Part shown: piece after piece, positions 18,964 through 27,764 of the stretch
Layout of the letters: each line of letters opens with the position of its first letter
Position numbering within the stretch: the first letter of the stretch is position 1
Assembly: GCA_964405655.1 (NCBI GenBank)
Contig: CAYOOO010000002.1
Location: forward strand, 2,022-66,021
Direction: 5' to 3'
DNA length: 64,000 bases
Source of the DNA: an uncultured Gammaproteobacteria bacterium
Lineage (GTDB): Bacteria; Patescibacteriota; Microgenomatia; Daviesbacterales; UBA10151
Program-made: the position numbers and the translations under genes
The notes under the pieces: generated by a model
What the model saw: the letters and a program-made list of their open reading frames with translations, nothing else
Databases searched by the model: none
What the model was told of the DNA's origin: nothing

Positions 18964-19473
18964 ATGGTCACAACAATTACTTCTAGACAACTCAAAGATG
19001 TCTTAATGGATTCCAAGCAGCCTGGCATTAAAGAATCATACTTTTATATTGAATCTCCCAATAATGAAAGTAATTTAACGGTTTTATCTCCAGGTAAAAA
19101 TGGTAATGAATTTAATAAAACACTAGGCTTTTTCCACAGGTTTCCTGGTGTATTGATCTACCGCTGTCTTTATGGTCAAGGAATTATTGTTATACAAAAA
19201 AATGATTCAGATGGAGAAGCTAAGGAGTTTAGGGTGGTTGGACTAAGAAGTGGGGTTGAAGTAGAGGTGCCATCAGGATATGGTCACACCATTATTAATA
19301 TTGGAAAGAACTTTTTAGTAACAATAGATAATGCTCCTAAAGATAGCAAATACCGGGATTACGAAACAGTTAAAAATAAAAAGGGTTTGGTCTACTATAT
19401 TATTGATAAAAAGGGAGATGTAGGATTTGATTCAAACCCTAATTATTCATTTCATCCCCAGATAACAACCTAA
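18964..19473 (+). CDS. Cupin-type glucose-6-phosphate isomerase-like protein
   Basis: LTVLSPGKNGNEFNKTLG, VPSGYGHTIINIG, DYETVKNKKG; some metal ligands appear substituted. Confidence 0.75.
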   Translation: MVTTITSRQLKDVLMDSKQPGIKESYFYIESPNNESNLTVLSPGKNGNEFNKTLGFFHRFPGVLIYRCLYGQGIIVIQKNDSDGEAKEFRVVGLRSGVEVEVPSGYGHTIINIGKNFLVTIDNAPKDSKYRDYETVKNKKGLVYYIIDKKGDVGFDSNPNYSFHPQITT

Positions 19474-19531
19474 TCTAGATAAGTTAGCAGAAGTATTGAC
19501 TTAATTGCTAAAAGTTCGCAAGAAAAATACC

Positions 19532-19738
19532 TTAAACAGTCTTTTGGGTTATACCCAAAAGCCATAAAACAGCTTCCTTCTTATAACGCCTATCTCCTCT
19601 AGAATTAATCCTAATTGCCGGGAGCTTGCCTCTTTTTCCCCATCTTTTGATTGTGAGGGGAGAAACTCTAAGTACTTCTGCAACTTCTTTAACTGTTAAT
19701 AGATCAGGGAGATTCTCTAAGGAGATTTTGTCAGCCAT
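19532..19738 (-). CDS. Excisionase/MerR-like HTH protein
   Basis: LLTVKEVAEVLRVSPLTIKRW...GDRRY. Confidence 0.9.
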   Translation of the reverse strand: MADKISLENLPDLLTVKEVAEVLRVSPLTIKRWGKRGKLPAIRINSRGDRRYKKEAVLWLLGITQKTV

Positions 19739-19786
19739 ACTTACTCTTTGTATATCATAAAGATTCAGAGAGTGTCAAGATATCAA

Positions 19787-20011
19787 TTAGGCTTTAATTA
19801 GTCTATAGATTAAGGCGTTAAGTGCCCAATTAGAGGCTGAATCAAGATCATCTTTCCAGATGTAATCAGATATTTCATCTTTACTGATGGCTTTACCTAG
19901 ATTCTTTTTAACGAGTCTAAGTAACTTAGCCTCTTTAGCTGGTATGTTTAACTTAATATATGATTTGATATATTCTTCGCTATCCTTAGGACAACAAATC
20001 GCTCCAGCGAC
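19787..20011 (-). pseudogene. Truncated OmpR/PhoB-type winged-helix fragment
   Basis: Start-less frame missing from the ORF track: ...AKEAKLLRLVKKNLGKAISKDEISDYIW...SNWALNALIYRLIKA*. Confidence 0.6.
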
Positions 20012-20018
20012 TCATTGT
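19991..20018. repeat. Palindromic repeat TCGC-N4-GCGACT, copy 1 of 3
   Basis: acaacaaatcgctccagcgactcattgt; near-identical at 22482-22509, variant at 20606-20630. Confidence 0.75.
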
Positions 20019-20052
20019 ACTAATATTAGAAAGGTATTATATTAAATCTAGG

Positions 20053-20607
20053 ATGGTTAAGGGTAAAGTTAAGACTAAAGATGTACTGAAAATTATTGGT
20101 GTTGGTGGATTAGTAGTGGCTTCAATTATTATGCCTAATTTACCTATGGCTTTGATGAAAGTTCAGAAAGCTTGGAAAAATATTAAAAAAGAGGATTTAG
20201 GCAGAATTCTAAAAAGATTAGAAAGACAACAAGTGATCTCTATCAGGGAAAAAGGAGATATGATAGCAGTAGAGATTACTGAAAAAGGCAAACGCAGGTT
20301 ACTGGAGTATGATTTCGAAGGTATCGAGATTAAAAACAAAAAAAGAGACGGAAGGTTTAGACTAGTTGTATTTGATATTCCTGAGAATAAGAAAAATGCC
20401 AGGGATATGTTTAGAAGGAAGCTTATTCAGCTTGGATTTATCAAATTACAAGAAAGTGTGTTTGCATCTGCATACCCTTGTAAAAAAGAGATAGATTTTC
20501 TCTGCCACTACCTGGAGATTTCAGATTATGTAACTATCGCTTCAGTAGATAAAATAGAACGAGGGGAGCAGCTAGTATTTAAAGAATATTTTTATCATGA
20601 CAATTAA
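20053..20607 (+). CDS. PaaX-like protein (wHTH plus Cas2-like ferredoxin domain)
   Basis: ITEKGK wing, DGRFRLVVFDIPE...RRKLIQLGF..LQESVF; no CRISPR array or cas1 nearby. Confidence 0.8.
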   Translation: MVKGKVKTKDVLKIIGVGGLVVASIIMPNLPMALMKVQKAWKNIKKEDLGRILKRLERQQVISIREKGDMIAVEITEKGKRRLLEYDFEGIEIKNKKRDGRFRLVVFDIPENKKNARDMFRRKLIQLGFIKLQESVFASAYPCKKEIDFLCHYLEISDYVTIASVDKIERGEQLVFKEYFYHDN

Positions 20608-20644
20608 TCGCGGCCGCGACTGAATGTACTGAAAATTATTAGTG
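20606..20644. repeat. Palindromic repeat copy 2 plus 17-nt copy of the gene's own 5' sequence
   Basis: aatcgcggccgcgactgaatgtact; atgtactgaaaattatt at 20624-20640 equals 20081-20097. Confidence 0.75.
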
Positions 20645-20746
20645 GAATTCATTTTATATAAGATTGCAGCTTTGGAGGATCCAACTCTTTTTTCTGTATC
20701 ACACCTGCAATTTGGGGCGGAGATAACTTTGACAGGACTCAAAAAG

Positions 20747-20786
20747 AAAAAAAGAGCTACTGAATAATACCCAATAGCTCTTTTTT
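20747..20786. terminator. Bidirectional intrinsic terminator downstream of rplL
   Basis: aaaaaagagcta...tagctctttttt. Confidence 0.75.
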
Positions 20787-20805
20787 AATTCAAAGGAATT
20801 GAAAT

Positions 20806-21420
20806 TTACTGTAACTCAACGGTAGCTCCAGCTGCAGTCAGCTTGGTTTTTGCTTCTTCTGCGGTTTGCTTGTTAACACCCTCCATAACTGGTTTAGGTG
20901 CTGATTCTACTAGGTCTTTTGCTTCTTTTAAGCCTAAAGTCGGAACTAATTCTCTAACTGCTTTAATAGCTCCAATCTTGTTTGCTCCTGCTGAAGCTAA
21001 AATTACATTAAAGGTAGTTTGTTCACTAGCAGCTTCTTCAGCTCCTCCAGCTTGCCCTGCACCGACTGGTGCGGCGGCGACTGGTGCTTGAGCTGTAACA
21101 CCAAACCTATCTTCAAGCGCATGGACTAAATCTGCTAGCTCTAAAACTGACAGTTTTTCAATCTGCTCTATGATTTTTTCTAATTCCTTTGAGATAGGTT
21201 TTACAGCTTTTTTCTGGGGAGCCGGCTCGTCGGTGGTCGAAGCACCGCTCGGCTGACTAGACTTTGGTTCTGGAGTAGTTTCCTTAGCCTCGCTACGGGT
21301 TTGTTGAGAGTCGGAGTCAGTTAAATTTCCTTCTTCTGGAACACTCTCAACTGCACCAGTTGCTTCTGACTCACTCGACTTCGCCGTCTCTTTTTGTTTT
21401 TGATCTTGATCGTCTGCCAA
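20806..21420 (-). CDS. rplL: 50S ribosomal protein L7/L12 with long N-terminal extension
   Basis: [31 protein letters not shown]; TTG start after an AGGGGG SD. Confidence 0.95.
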   Translation of the reverse strand: MADDQDQKQKETAKSSESEATGAVESVPEEGNLTDSDSQQTRSEAKETTPEPKSSQPSGASTTDEPAPQKKAVKPISKELEKIIEQIEKLSVLELADLVHALEDRFGVTAQAPVAAAPVGAGQAGGAEEAASEQTTFNVILASAGANKIGAIKAVRELVPTLGLKEAKDLVESAPKPVMEGVNKQTAEEAKTKLTAAGATVELQ

Positions 21421-21421
21421 T

Positions 21422-21943
21422 CTAAACACCCCCTCTCATTACTCGAATTTGATCTAGCGCGTATACTAAATTTCTTAAATTAGCCTGTAATACTCCAACT
21501 ATGCCGTAAAGTGGTGCACCTAAGGATCCAACAATGTTAGCTCTTAACTCCTCTTTTGATGGTAGGGAAGCAAGTTTTTGGACTATCACATTATCGATTA
21601 ACTCACCATTAAAGATTCCTAACTTGACTGATCCAATTTGAGCATCTTTGATAGCTTTAGTTAATATTTTGATAGGGGTTATTTCATCTTCATAAGAAAA
21701 TAGGGTTGCAATGGGACCCTGGTAGTTTGTAGGGGGTAGTTTGTAGGGGGTAGAGGCTAGTTTAAGCAGACTGTTTTTGGTAATAGTAAACTCTGCTCCA
21801 ACTTCTCTCAGCTTGCTTCTGAGGTCTGATAATTGAGACATGGTTAAACCTTTATAGTCTACAAAAACCACTGACTTGGCCCTGTCAAGCTTATCAGTTA
21901 AACCTTTGACTATTTGTTCTTTTTGCGCTCTGGTTTTAGGCAT
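21422..21943 (-). CDS. rplJ: 50S ribosomal protein L10
   Basis: [22 protein letters not shown]; start MPKTRAQK. Confidence 0.96.
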   Translation of the reverse strand: MPKTRAQKEQIVKGLTDKLDRAKSVVFVDYKGLTMSQLSDLRSKLREVGAEFTITKNSLLKLASTPYKLPPTNYQGPIATLFSYEDEITPIKILTKAIKDAQIGSVKLGIFNGELIDNVIVQKLASLPSKEELRANIVGSLGAPLYGIVGVLQANLRNLVYALDQIRVMRGGV

Positions 21944-22100
21944 AAAAAAACTCCTTCTTCGAGGAGTTTGAGTAGTATGTATCAAGTATTATGTATTAAG
22001 GGATTTTTGTTTTCCCATAATACTTACTACTTATCCCTTGATACTAATTTTCAACGCCTCGGTGGGATTTACCAATTCCTTGAACCCACTTTCTTAAGCT
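21944..22100 (-). promoter_or_regulatory. L10-leader-like autoregulatory RNA with terminator-like hairpin
   Basis: Sense CTTAAGAAAGTGGG...CCCACCGAGG resembles the L10 leader; CTCCTCGAAGAAGGAG-T7 just before the rplJ ATG. Confidence 0.7.
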
Positions 22101-22134
22101 TTTAAAATTCTAATCTAGTTGATACAATTTGTCA

Positions 22135-22467
22135 ATGGCAACACTCATCATTACTAAAAAAGCAACTAAAGATCAGATTAAAAAGATGTCATATGAGTAT
22201 GGAAGTTATATTAAAGTAGTAGTAGATATTGAAAAGAGTATATTAGCAGGCGGAGCAGCCATGCATTATGATGAGGAGAGACTATTATTAGAATATGGTT
22301 CAAAACAGCAGAACCTTTGGGGTGGAGGAATAGATTTAGATACAGGTTCAATAGATTATAATTCCATGATTAATTTACGTCCTAATCAAAACAACCCTAG
22401 TAGAGAAATCGTCTCTTTAGAAATTAGAGAGAAGTTTGATAAAATTGTCAAGAGATTGCTAATATGA
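22135..22467 (+). CDS. DUF5674-like protein
   Basis: IKVVVDIEK.ILAGG..MH.D.E..LLE.GS.Q.NLWG...SMINLRP.QNN. Confidence 0.75.
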   Translation: MATLIITKKATKDQIKKMSYEYGSYIKVVVDIEKSILAGGAAMHYDEERLLLEYGSKQQNLWGGGIDLDTGSIDYNSMINLRPNQNNPSREIVSLEIREKFDKIVKRLLI

Positions 22468-22811
22468 AAAATATCCAGGTTACAACTAGTCGCTCCAGCG
22501 ACTCATTGTCCCCAGCTCAGCTTCAAATTTTAAATATCTCGGTTAATCTGGCGAGAATAGGTAACTGGGTGGCTGATTCTTATGAACAGAAAAAAGAATT
22601 GATAAATAAGTTTATTGAACAAACTGCTCAGATGATCTCTGATTTAGATAGTCAAAATAGCTCAAAAGAGTTCAAAACTATCTTAAGTAAGTTTAAGACT
22701 GAGTTTTATAAGCTCAAGGAAGAGCCTATCGATAAAACAAACAAACCTATTTGGGCAGAAAAAGCTTTAACGTGGGCTAATATCTTGCAACATAGAGCTA
22801 AACTAGCCTAA
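22464..22811 (+). CDS. Hypothetical helical protein
   Basis: ATGA overlap with the upstream gene; carries repeat copy 3 in its 5' end. Confidence 0.7.
   Translation: MKNIQVTTSRSSDSLSPAQLQILNISVNLARIGNWVADSYEQKKELINKFIEQTAQMISDLDSQNSSKEFKTILSKFKTEFYKLKEEPIDKTNKPIWAEKALTWANILQHRAKLA
22482..22509. repeat. Palindromic repeat TCGC-N4-GCGACT, copy 3
   Basis: acaactagtcgctccagcgactcattgt, 26/28 identical to 19991-20018. Confidence 0.75.
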
Positions 22812-23665
22812 AACTTAGGTACCCAGATCCAATAACCACTGCCGCCTGAGGCAGGTGGATCGCCTTCAGATCCGGTATTGGCAGGAACCTTGAGCTCAGC
22901 AGATTTGCTGGCAGGTGGAGTGGGTGAATACCAAGTACCAGAAGTTCCTGTTTTGCCCAGATTTTTGATTATAAAGCCAATATCAAAGCTGTTGATGGAG
23001 TTATCTAAGTTAAAATCAATTAATGGGTTCCATTTTTTTGAGGTTGGATTTGCTCCTAAAGCGCTTAGAGTAATATTGTAATCTAGGGTATTAATAGTAT
23101 TGTCCTCATTTAAGTCACCAGTTAGCAAATTAAGAGTATTTAAATCATTCACAGAGGGCTTAACAGTAAAGGCTGAGGCTGTGGCTATCTGCACACTACC
23201 TTTAAGGTAAGCTGTATAGGTTTGACTTTGAGTTAAACCTGCTAGAGACAGATTGGAGTACTCTCCTGAATCAGGTACATTAACAGTAAAAGAGAGAAGG
23301 TATTGAGGATTAGTAATGGGTTGTCCTTGGGCAATTCCTACGAATAACTTAGTAGCCTGTTTGTTTTTGGGTCTTCCTTCGAGGTTAATCTTAAACTTTA
23401 AGGTAGGTCCAAAGCTAATTTCAGCTGAGGAGCTAGCCAGAGAGGAAGATCCATCGCTACCGCCAGACTCTTTAAGTAAACTTTTTTTTAACTCATCAAT
23501 TGGGTTGGTTTTAGGAACTTCTTTAGGGGAGGTTTGAGGGAAGATACTTGTTGTTTTAGCTGCATTTTTTTGATTGATTCTTTTAGAGAGGATAAATGAG
23601 CCTGATGGGATCAGGATGATTAAAACTGCGATGACTATTAAGATTATCTTCTCTTTACCGCGCAT
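22808..23665 (-). CDS. Membrane-anchored dockerin-like domain protein
   Basis: N-terminal TM; duplicated Ca-binding loops GDLNEDNTINTLD and DFNLDNSINSFD. Confidence 0.75.
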   Translation of the reverse strand: MRGKEKIILIVIAVLIILIPSGSFILSKRINQKNAAKTTSIFPQTSPKEVPKTNPIDELKKSLLKESGGSDGSSSLASSSAEISFGPTLKFKINLEGRPKNKQATKLFVGIAQGQPITNPQYLLSFTVNVPDSGEYSNLSLAGLTQSQTYTAYLKGSVQIATASAFTVKPSVNDLNTLNLLTGDLNEDNTINTLDYNITLSALGANPTSKKWNPLIDFNLDNSINSFDIGFIIKNLGKTGTSGTWYSPTPPASKSAELKVPANTGSEGDPPASGGSGYWIWVPKF

Positions 23666-23783
23666 TTTCCCTAACTTTACTATACTATGGAAAAGTTAAA
23701 AGTAAAAAGTGTAAAGTAAATTAAGTAGCAAAATGAACTCTCTCCCCGCTCTAAAGAACGTGGTTTTGAGTTCTTGTCTAACA

Positions 23784-24788
23784 ATGAGAGTACTTTCTTT
23801 AAAGAATCTAGTTAGGATTTTAATAAACAGCCTGATTGGTTTAATTTTAATCCTGATATGGTTGAAGCTGGTTAACCTTCAAGAAGTTTTAGACAAGATT
23901 TCACAAGTAAATCTCCTCTTTACCATACCTTTTATTATTCTATTTGCACTATCTTTTAATCTAAGGGCAATCAGGCTTAAGATACTGCTTTCTTCAGAAC
24001 AAAGTATCCCTTTATCTAACATAGTCTATCTGACTTCTCTTTCCCAGCTTTTAAGCTTTTTGATACCCTTAAGACTAGGGGAGTTAGCTAAAGCAGTTTA
24101 TCTGGGGGCTGAATATAAAATTAAGTTTTCCAAAGCCTTAATTTGGATTCTTTTAGACAGGTTTATAGATTTTTGGACAGTCTTAATAATATCTTTAGTT
24201 TTACTTATCTTTCTGCCTACCAACCTGCCCGAAAACTTAAAGCTTAGTTTATCTTTCCTTATTGTTCTGTCCAGCTTAGGGGGGATCTTTTTAATATTCT
24301 TCCCTAAATATTCCAAAAAACTTGCTGAAATCTTTGCGTTACTCTTAGTATTTAAGCCTGTTAAAAGTCTATTTTTAAAAGTTAGCTTCCATATTATTGA
24401 TACAGCCAGTTTTTTAAATAGGGGGTTAGTAGGCAGTATAAAATTAATTCTGATTACAATCTTAGTACTTATTTCAGATGCGCTGGCTTGGTGGGTACTA
24501 TTTGTAATTGTGTTTAAGACCCAAGCTGGCCTTTTGCCAGTGCTTTTAGGTTCACTTCTAAATACTTTAACTTACCTAATTCCTGCTGCTCCTGGGTATA
24601 TAGGAAGCGCTGAGGCAGCAGGACTAGCTGTTTTCCATTTTGGTTTGGGTTTTGATAAAACTTTGGTTTCAGCCATAACTGTTTTAAACCATGCCTTAAC
24701 TGTTTTTTGTGTTCTTTTTTATGGGCTAATCTCCCTTTACCTTCTTAAATTTGATTTGAGCTTAGTTTGGAAGAAACTAAAAAGATAA
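23784..24788 (+). CDS. Lysylphosphatidylglycerol-synthase TM / UPF0104 flippase-like membrane protein
   Basis: Multi-TM; IPLRLGELAK, DRFID, IPAAPGYIGSAE. Confidence 0.85.
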   Translation: MRVLSLKNLVRILINSLIGLILILIWLKLVNLQEVLDKISQVNLLFTIPFIILFALSFNLRAIRLKILLSSEQSIPLSNIVYLTSLSQLLSFLIPLRLGELAKAVYLGAEYKIKFSKALIWILLDRFIDFWTVLIISLVLLIFLPTNLPENLKLSLSFLIVLSSLGGIFLIFFPKYSKKLAEIFALLLVFKPVKSLFLKVSFHIIDTASFLNRGLVGSIKLILITILVLISDALAWWVLFVIVFKTQAGLLPVLLGSLLNTLTYLIPAAPGYIGSAEAAGLAVFHFGLGFDKTLVSAITVLNHALTVFCVLFYGLISLYLLKFDLSLVWKKLKR

Positions 24789-24796
24789 AAAGTATT

Positions 24797-25984
24797 ATGA
24801 ATCAGGAATCAGAGAATAACTCCAAAGCCAGTCATACAGCAAAAAAAGCTGATGAGTTTGATGAACCCAGATTACCAGGCGAGGAAGCAGCTGCTTTTTT
24901 AAGGCAGGAAGGTTTCAAGAAGTATCAGCAGGAGCTTCAAGCCCGAGGAGCCCGCCATAAAAAACATGGCGAGGTTGCTAGAGGAATTACCGAGGCGCTA
25001 CAGACTCAAGAAATTGAAGATTACGAACCTTGTCATTTATCTGATGAAGCTAGAGAGAGAATATTGGAAAGAATCAATCAGGCAGCCAGAAAAGAACCTA
25101 CTCTAGAAGCCCAGCAACTTTGGGCAGAGCTCTACCTTTTTCTAAGGGACCACTCTGCTTTTTTTACAGAGTTATCTCATGGGACAACTGCTGAACTTTT
25201 TGATCAGATACTGGTTGAAGGTATCAAACCATATGCAGTTTTAAAGGATCAGGGTAAACTAAGATTTGGTGAGGGAGCCAGAGCAAGCCGTAGAACAAAG
25301 GAAAGAGGGTTAAACCAGATTCCTGCAGGGGTCGGATTGGGCGGTTTAGGCACAGCTATTGCCTATGCGGAATTCACTGCAGATGCAAGACAAAACGAGA
25401 GGTTACAAAATATCCTATCTTTACACAACAGGGCGCTTAGAGATTCCAAGGATCCTGATCTTACTGAAGAATCCAGAAGATTTTACCAGGAACAGTTAGA
25501 GTTTTATAAAGAGGAGCTAAGAACCCCTCCTTCAAAAGGAAAATGGGAATTTCCGGTTGTGCTTGGTTTTGATCATTCTCAAGAAGTTAGCTCGTTTGAT
25601 AATCCTAAGATTGGTTGGGTTGTTGCCTGGCCAGAAGTATATAAAGGTGGGGAATTTAAAGTCCTTTCTTCTTTAAAAAAGGAGCGGGATTTTAAGTCTG
25701 AGGCTAGGCTTGATAGTGAGGTTTATTTACCTCCTGGGGATGAAGTACCATCTGAGGCAATAACTTTAATTGCTTGCCCAAAAGATAAAATGGAAATGGT
25801 AAGAAGAGTAGCAAGGGAGTTTAGAGGAGAAGATATATCTTTTATCTCACTTGAGGCTTTAGAACTTTTACCTAAAATAGGTGTTGATCGGGTTGACTCA
25901 GGCTACAAAACTGCCCGATCCACTACATCAGGAGTAGTAATCAGTGAAAGCCTCAGAAGAACTCGAGAAGACTTACTATATTGA
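24797..25984 (+). CDS. Hypothetical protein with putative ADP-ribosyltransferase-like fold
   Basis: LSHGTT....QILVEGIKP, AIAYA, PVVLGFD, EVYL....VPSEAI. Confidence 0.5.
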   Translation: MNQESENNSKASHTAKKADEFDEPRLPGEEAAAFLRQEGFKKYQQELQARGARHKKHGEVARGITEALQTQEIEDYEPCHLSDEARERILERINQAARKEPTLEAQQLWAELYLFLRDHSAFFTELSHGTTAELFDQILVEGIKPYAVLKDQGKLRFGEGARASRRTKERGLNQIPAGVGLGGLGTAIAYAEFTADARQNERLQNILSLHNRALRDSKDPDLTEESRRFYQEQLEFYKEELRTPPSKGKWEFPVVLGFDHSQEVSSFDNPKIGWVVAWPEVYKGGEFKVLSSLKKERDFKSEARLDSEVYLPPGDEVPSEAITLIACPKDKMEMVRRVAREFRGEDISFISLEALELLPKIGVDRVDSGYKTARSTTSGVVISESLRRTREDLLY

Positions 25985-26902
25985 GGATAGGTCGACTTTA
26001 ACTCCTGGACCCAAGGTAGGTGAGAGGGTGACTTTTTTTATTCTGGATTTTCCCAAGGTTATTAGTAAGGTTTTAACATTGGCAGTAAGTTCCTCAGAAG
26101 GCTGGTTAAGTTTTCCCAAAGCTAGATGAATAATTGGAGCTTTTGGCTCACTTTTATATTCTGTTTTACCACCTTGGAAATTTTCAACAGCTTTTTTCAA
26201 TCCGTCAGCTGACGGACTGGTAATAGTTCCATTCTTGGGATTTGGCATCAAACCTTTAGGTCCTAAGACTTTGGCAACTTTAGCCAGTTTACTCATCCAC
26301 AAAGGTGTAGTAATAACCATATCAAAGTCTATTTTACCCTTACTTATCTCCTCTAATGTTTCATCTGTACCAACAATATCTGCTCCAGACTCTTGGGCAT
26401 CTTTGCCAAAAGCCAGAATCCTTAACTTCTTTCCTTCTGAGTAAGGTAGAGAAACTAAACCTCTAAGACCAGTTGTTTGAGTATTGATATGAATTTCTAA
26501 AGAACCTGTGAACTTTGAGTAGGAAAGTTTTTTTGAGAGTTCAACAGCTTCAGGAATAGAGTAGTGCTTACCTCTTTCAAATTCCTCTACAGTTTTTTGG
26601 TATTTTTTAGAACGCTTTCTAGGCTGTCCTTGCTTTTTTTGTTTGGGCTTCTCGGAAGCAGTTTTAGTTGCTGATGGAGCTTGAGTAACCGAGCCGCCCA
26701 CTTTCTGCTGGGTATCTTCTATTTGAACTTCTTGATCCTTAGTAAGCTCAACTGCGCCAACTGCTTTATCTGATTCAGACTTTGCTTTCTTTAAAGCTTG
26801 ATCTCGCTCAATATTTGTTGCCAGAACTTTTTTAGGAGCTTTCTTTTTTGGTTCCTCAGCTGCTACTGAGTCATCAATTGTTTTAATCTTAGTTTTTCCC
26901 AT
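25976..26902 (-). CDS. rplA: 50S ribosomal protein L1 with N-terminal extension
   Basis: LRGLVSLPY, GADIVG, LGPKGLMPNPKNGT, TLGPGVK. Confidence 0.96.
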   Translation of the reverse strand: MGKTKIKTIDDSVAAEEPKKKAPKKVLATNIERDQALKKAKSESDKAVGAVELTKDQEVQIEDTQQKVGGSVTQAPSATKTASEKPKQKKQGQPRKRSKKYQKTVEEFERGKHYSIPEAVELSKKLSYSKFTGSLEIHINTQTTGLRGLVSLPYSEGKKLRILAFGKDAQESGADIVGTDETLEEISKGKIDFDMVITTPLWMSKLAKVAKVLGPKGLMPNPKNGTITSPSADGLKKAVENFQGGKTEYKSEPKAPIIHLALGKLNQPSEELTANVKTLLITLGKSRIKKVTLSPTLGPGVKVDLSSI

Positions 26903-26907
26903 GGTTT

Positions 26908-27336
26908 TTAACTTGAAACTTTAACCCCCATTGATCTGGCAGTGCCTTCTACTATTTTCATGGCAGCCTCCAAATCACTAGCGTTTAGATCCGGCATTTT
27001 AGCTTTGGCAATATCTTCTACCTGACTTTTGGATAAAGTTCCGGCACTTTCATGGCCGCTTTTTCCGGCTCCTTTTTCTACTCCTAAAGCCTTTTTAATC
27101 ATTTCAGCCACAGGTGGTTCTTTGGTAATAAAGCTAAATGTTCTATCTTCAAAAACTGTGATTACAACTGGTAGGATATTGCCTTGTTTTTCTTTAGTCT
27201 TCTCATTAAAGGCCTTAACAAAGTCCATTATAGGCAAGCCATGTTGACCCAAAGCTGGGCCAACAGGAGGAGCGGCAGTTGCTGTACCTGCAGGAATATT
27301 TAGTTTTATAAATGTTTTTACCTTTTTGTTTGCCAT
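26908..27336 (-). CDS. rplK: 50S ribosomal protein L11
   Basis: [18 protein letters not shown]. Confidence 0.98.
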   Translation of the reverse strand: MANKKVKTFIKLNIPAGTATAAPPVGPALGQHGLPIMDFVKAFNEKTKEKQGNILPVVITVFEDRTFSFITKEPPVAEMIKKALGVEKGAGKSGHESAGTLSKSQVEDIAKAKMPDLNASDLEAAMKIVEGTARSMGVKVSS

Positions 27337-27358
27337 ATAAATAATTTAAAACATTTAC

Positions 27359-27403
27359 TCAGGCCTTTAGGCCGCTGTATGTTTTAATCTTTTTTGCTGC
27401 CAT
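27359..27403 (-). other. 14-codon uORF resembling the rplK N-terminus
   Basis: MAAKKIKTYSGLKA* versus L11 MANKKVKTF; downstream of TTGAGA-17-TATAAT. Confidence 0.45.
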
Positions 27404-27438
27404 AAGTTTTGCAATTATATGTAAATTTGAATTCTATC

Positions 27439-27762
27439 TCAAGCATCTTGTTGTTCCAAGAAAACCTGGTGCGCTTGAAAGCGTACTTCCATAAACCTAA
27501 CACCACTTCTTCTTATAGAAGCCATGAACTCTTGATTTGTTTGGCCATTAAGTCTTGCATTGCAATTCAGACAAATACTTGGCAGGTCAGATCTATAAGC
27601 CTTTAAACCTATTGCAGCCTTGTCTATCTCTTTTGCTGAAACTACTCTTATTAGGTCGTCTGCTTCTGTAGAAAATAAAGTATAGACATGGCCTGCTAAA
27701 TTTCTAGCTTTCTCGTTCCCTGGACAGGGATATGCTACAAATTCGTATTCCGACAAACTCAT
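27439..27762 (-). CDS. Hypothetical protein (Cys/His, possible Zn binding)
   Basis: 107-aa ORF in the nusG-rplK operon; CPG...H...CLNC. Confidence 0.65.
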   Translation of the reverse strand: MSLSEYEFVAYPCPGNEKARNLAGHVYTLFSTEADDLIRVVSAKEIDKAAIGLKAYRSDLPSICLNCNARLNGQTNQEFMASIRRSGVRFMEVRFQAHQVFLEQQDA

Positions 27763-27764
27763 TT

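Noticed and set aside
19532-19738. Excisionase as a prophage marker
   Set aside because: No integrase or phage genes nearby; host-like composition suggests a stand-alone regulator
19991-20644. CRISPR-Cas locus
   Set aside because: Only dispersed repeats, no regularly spaced array, no cas1 or effector genes; the protein is PaaX-like
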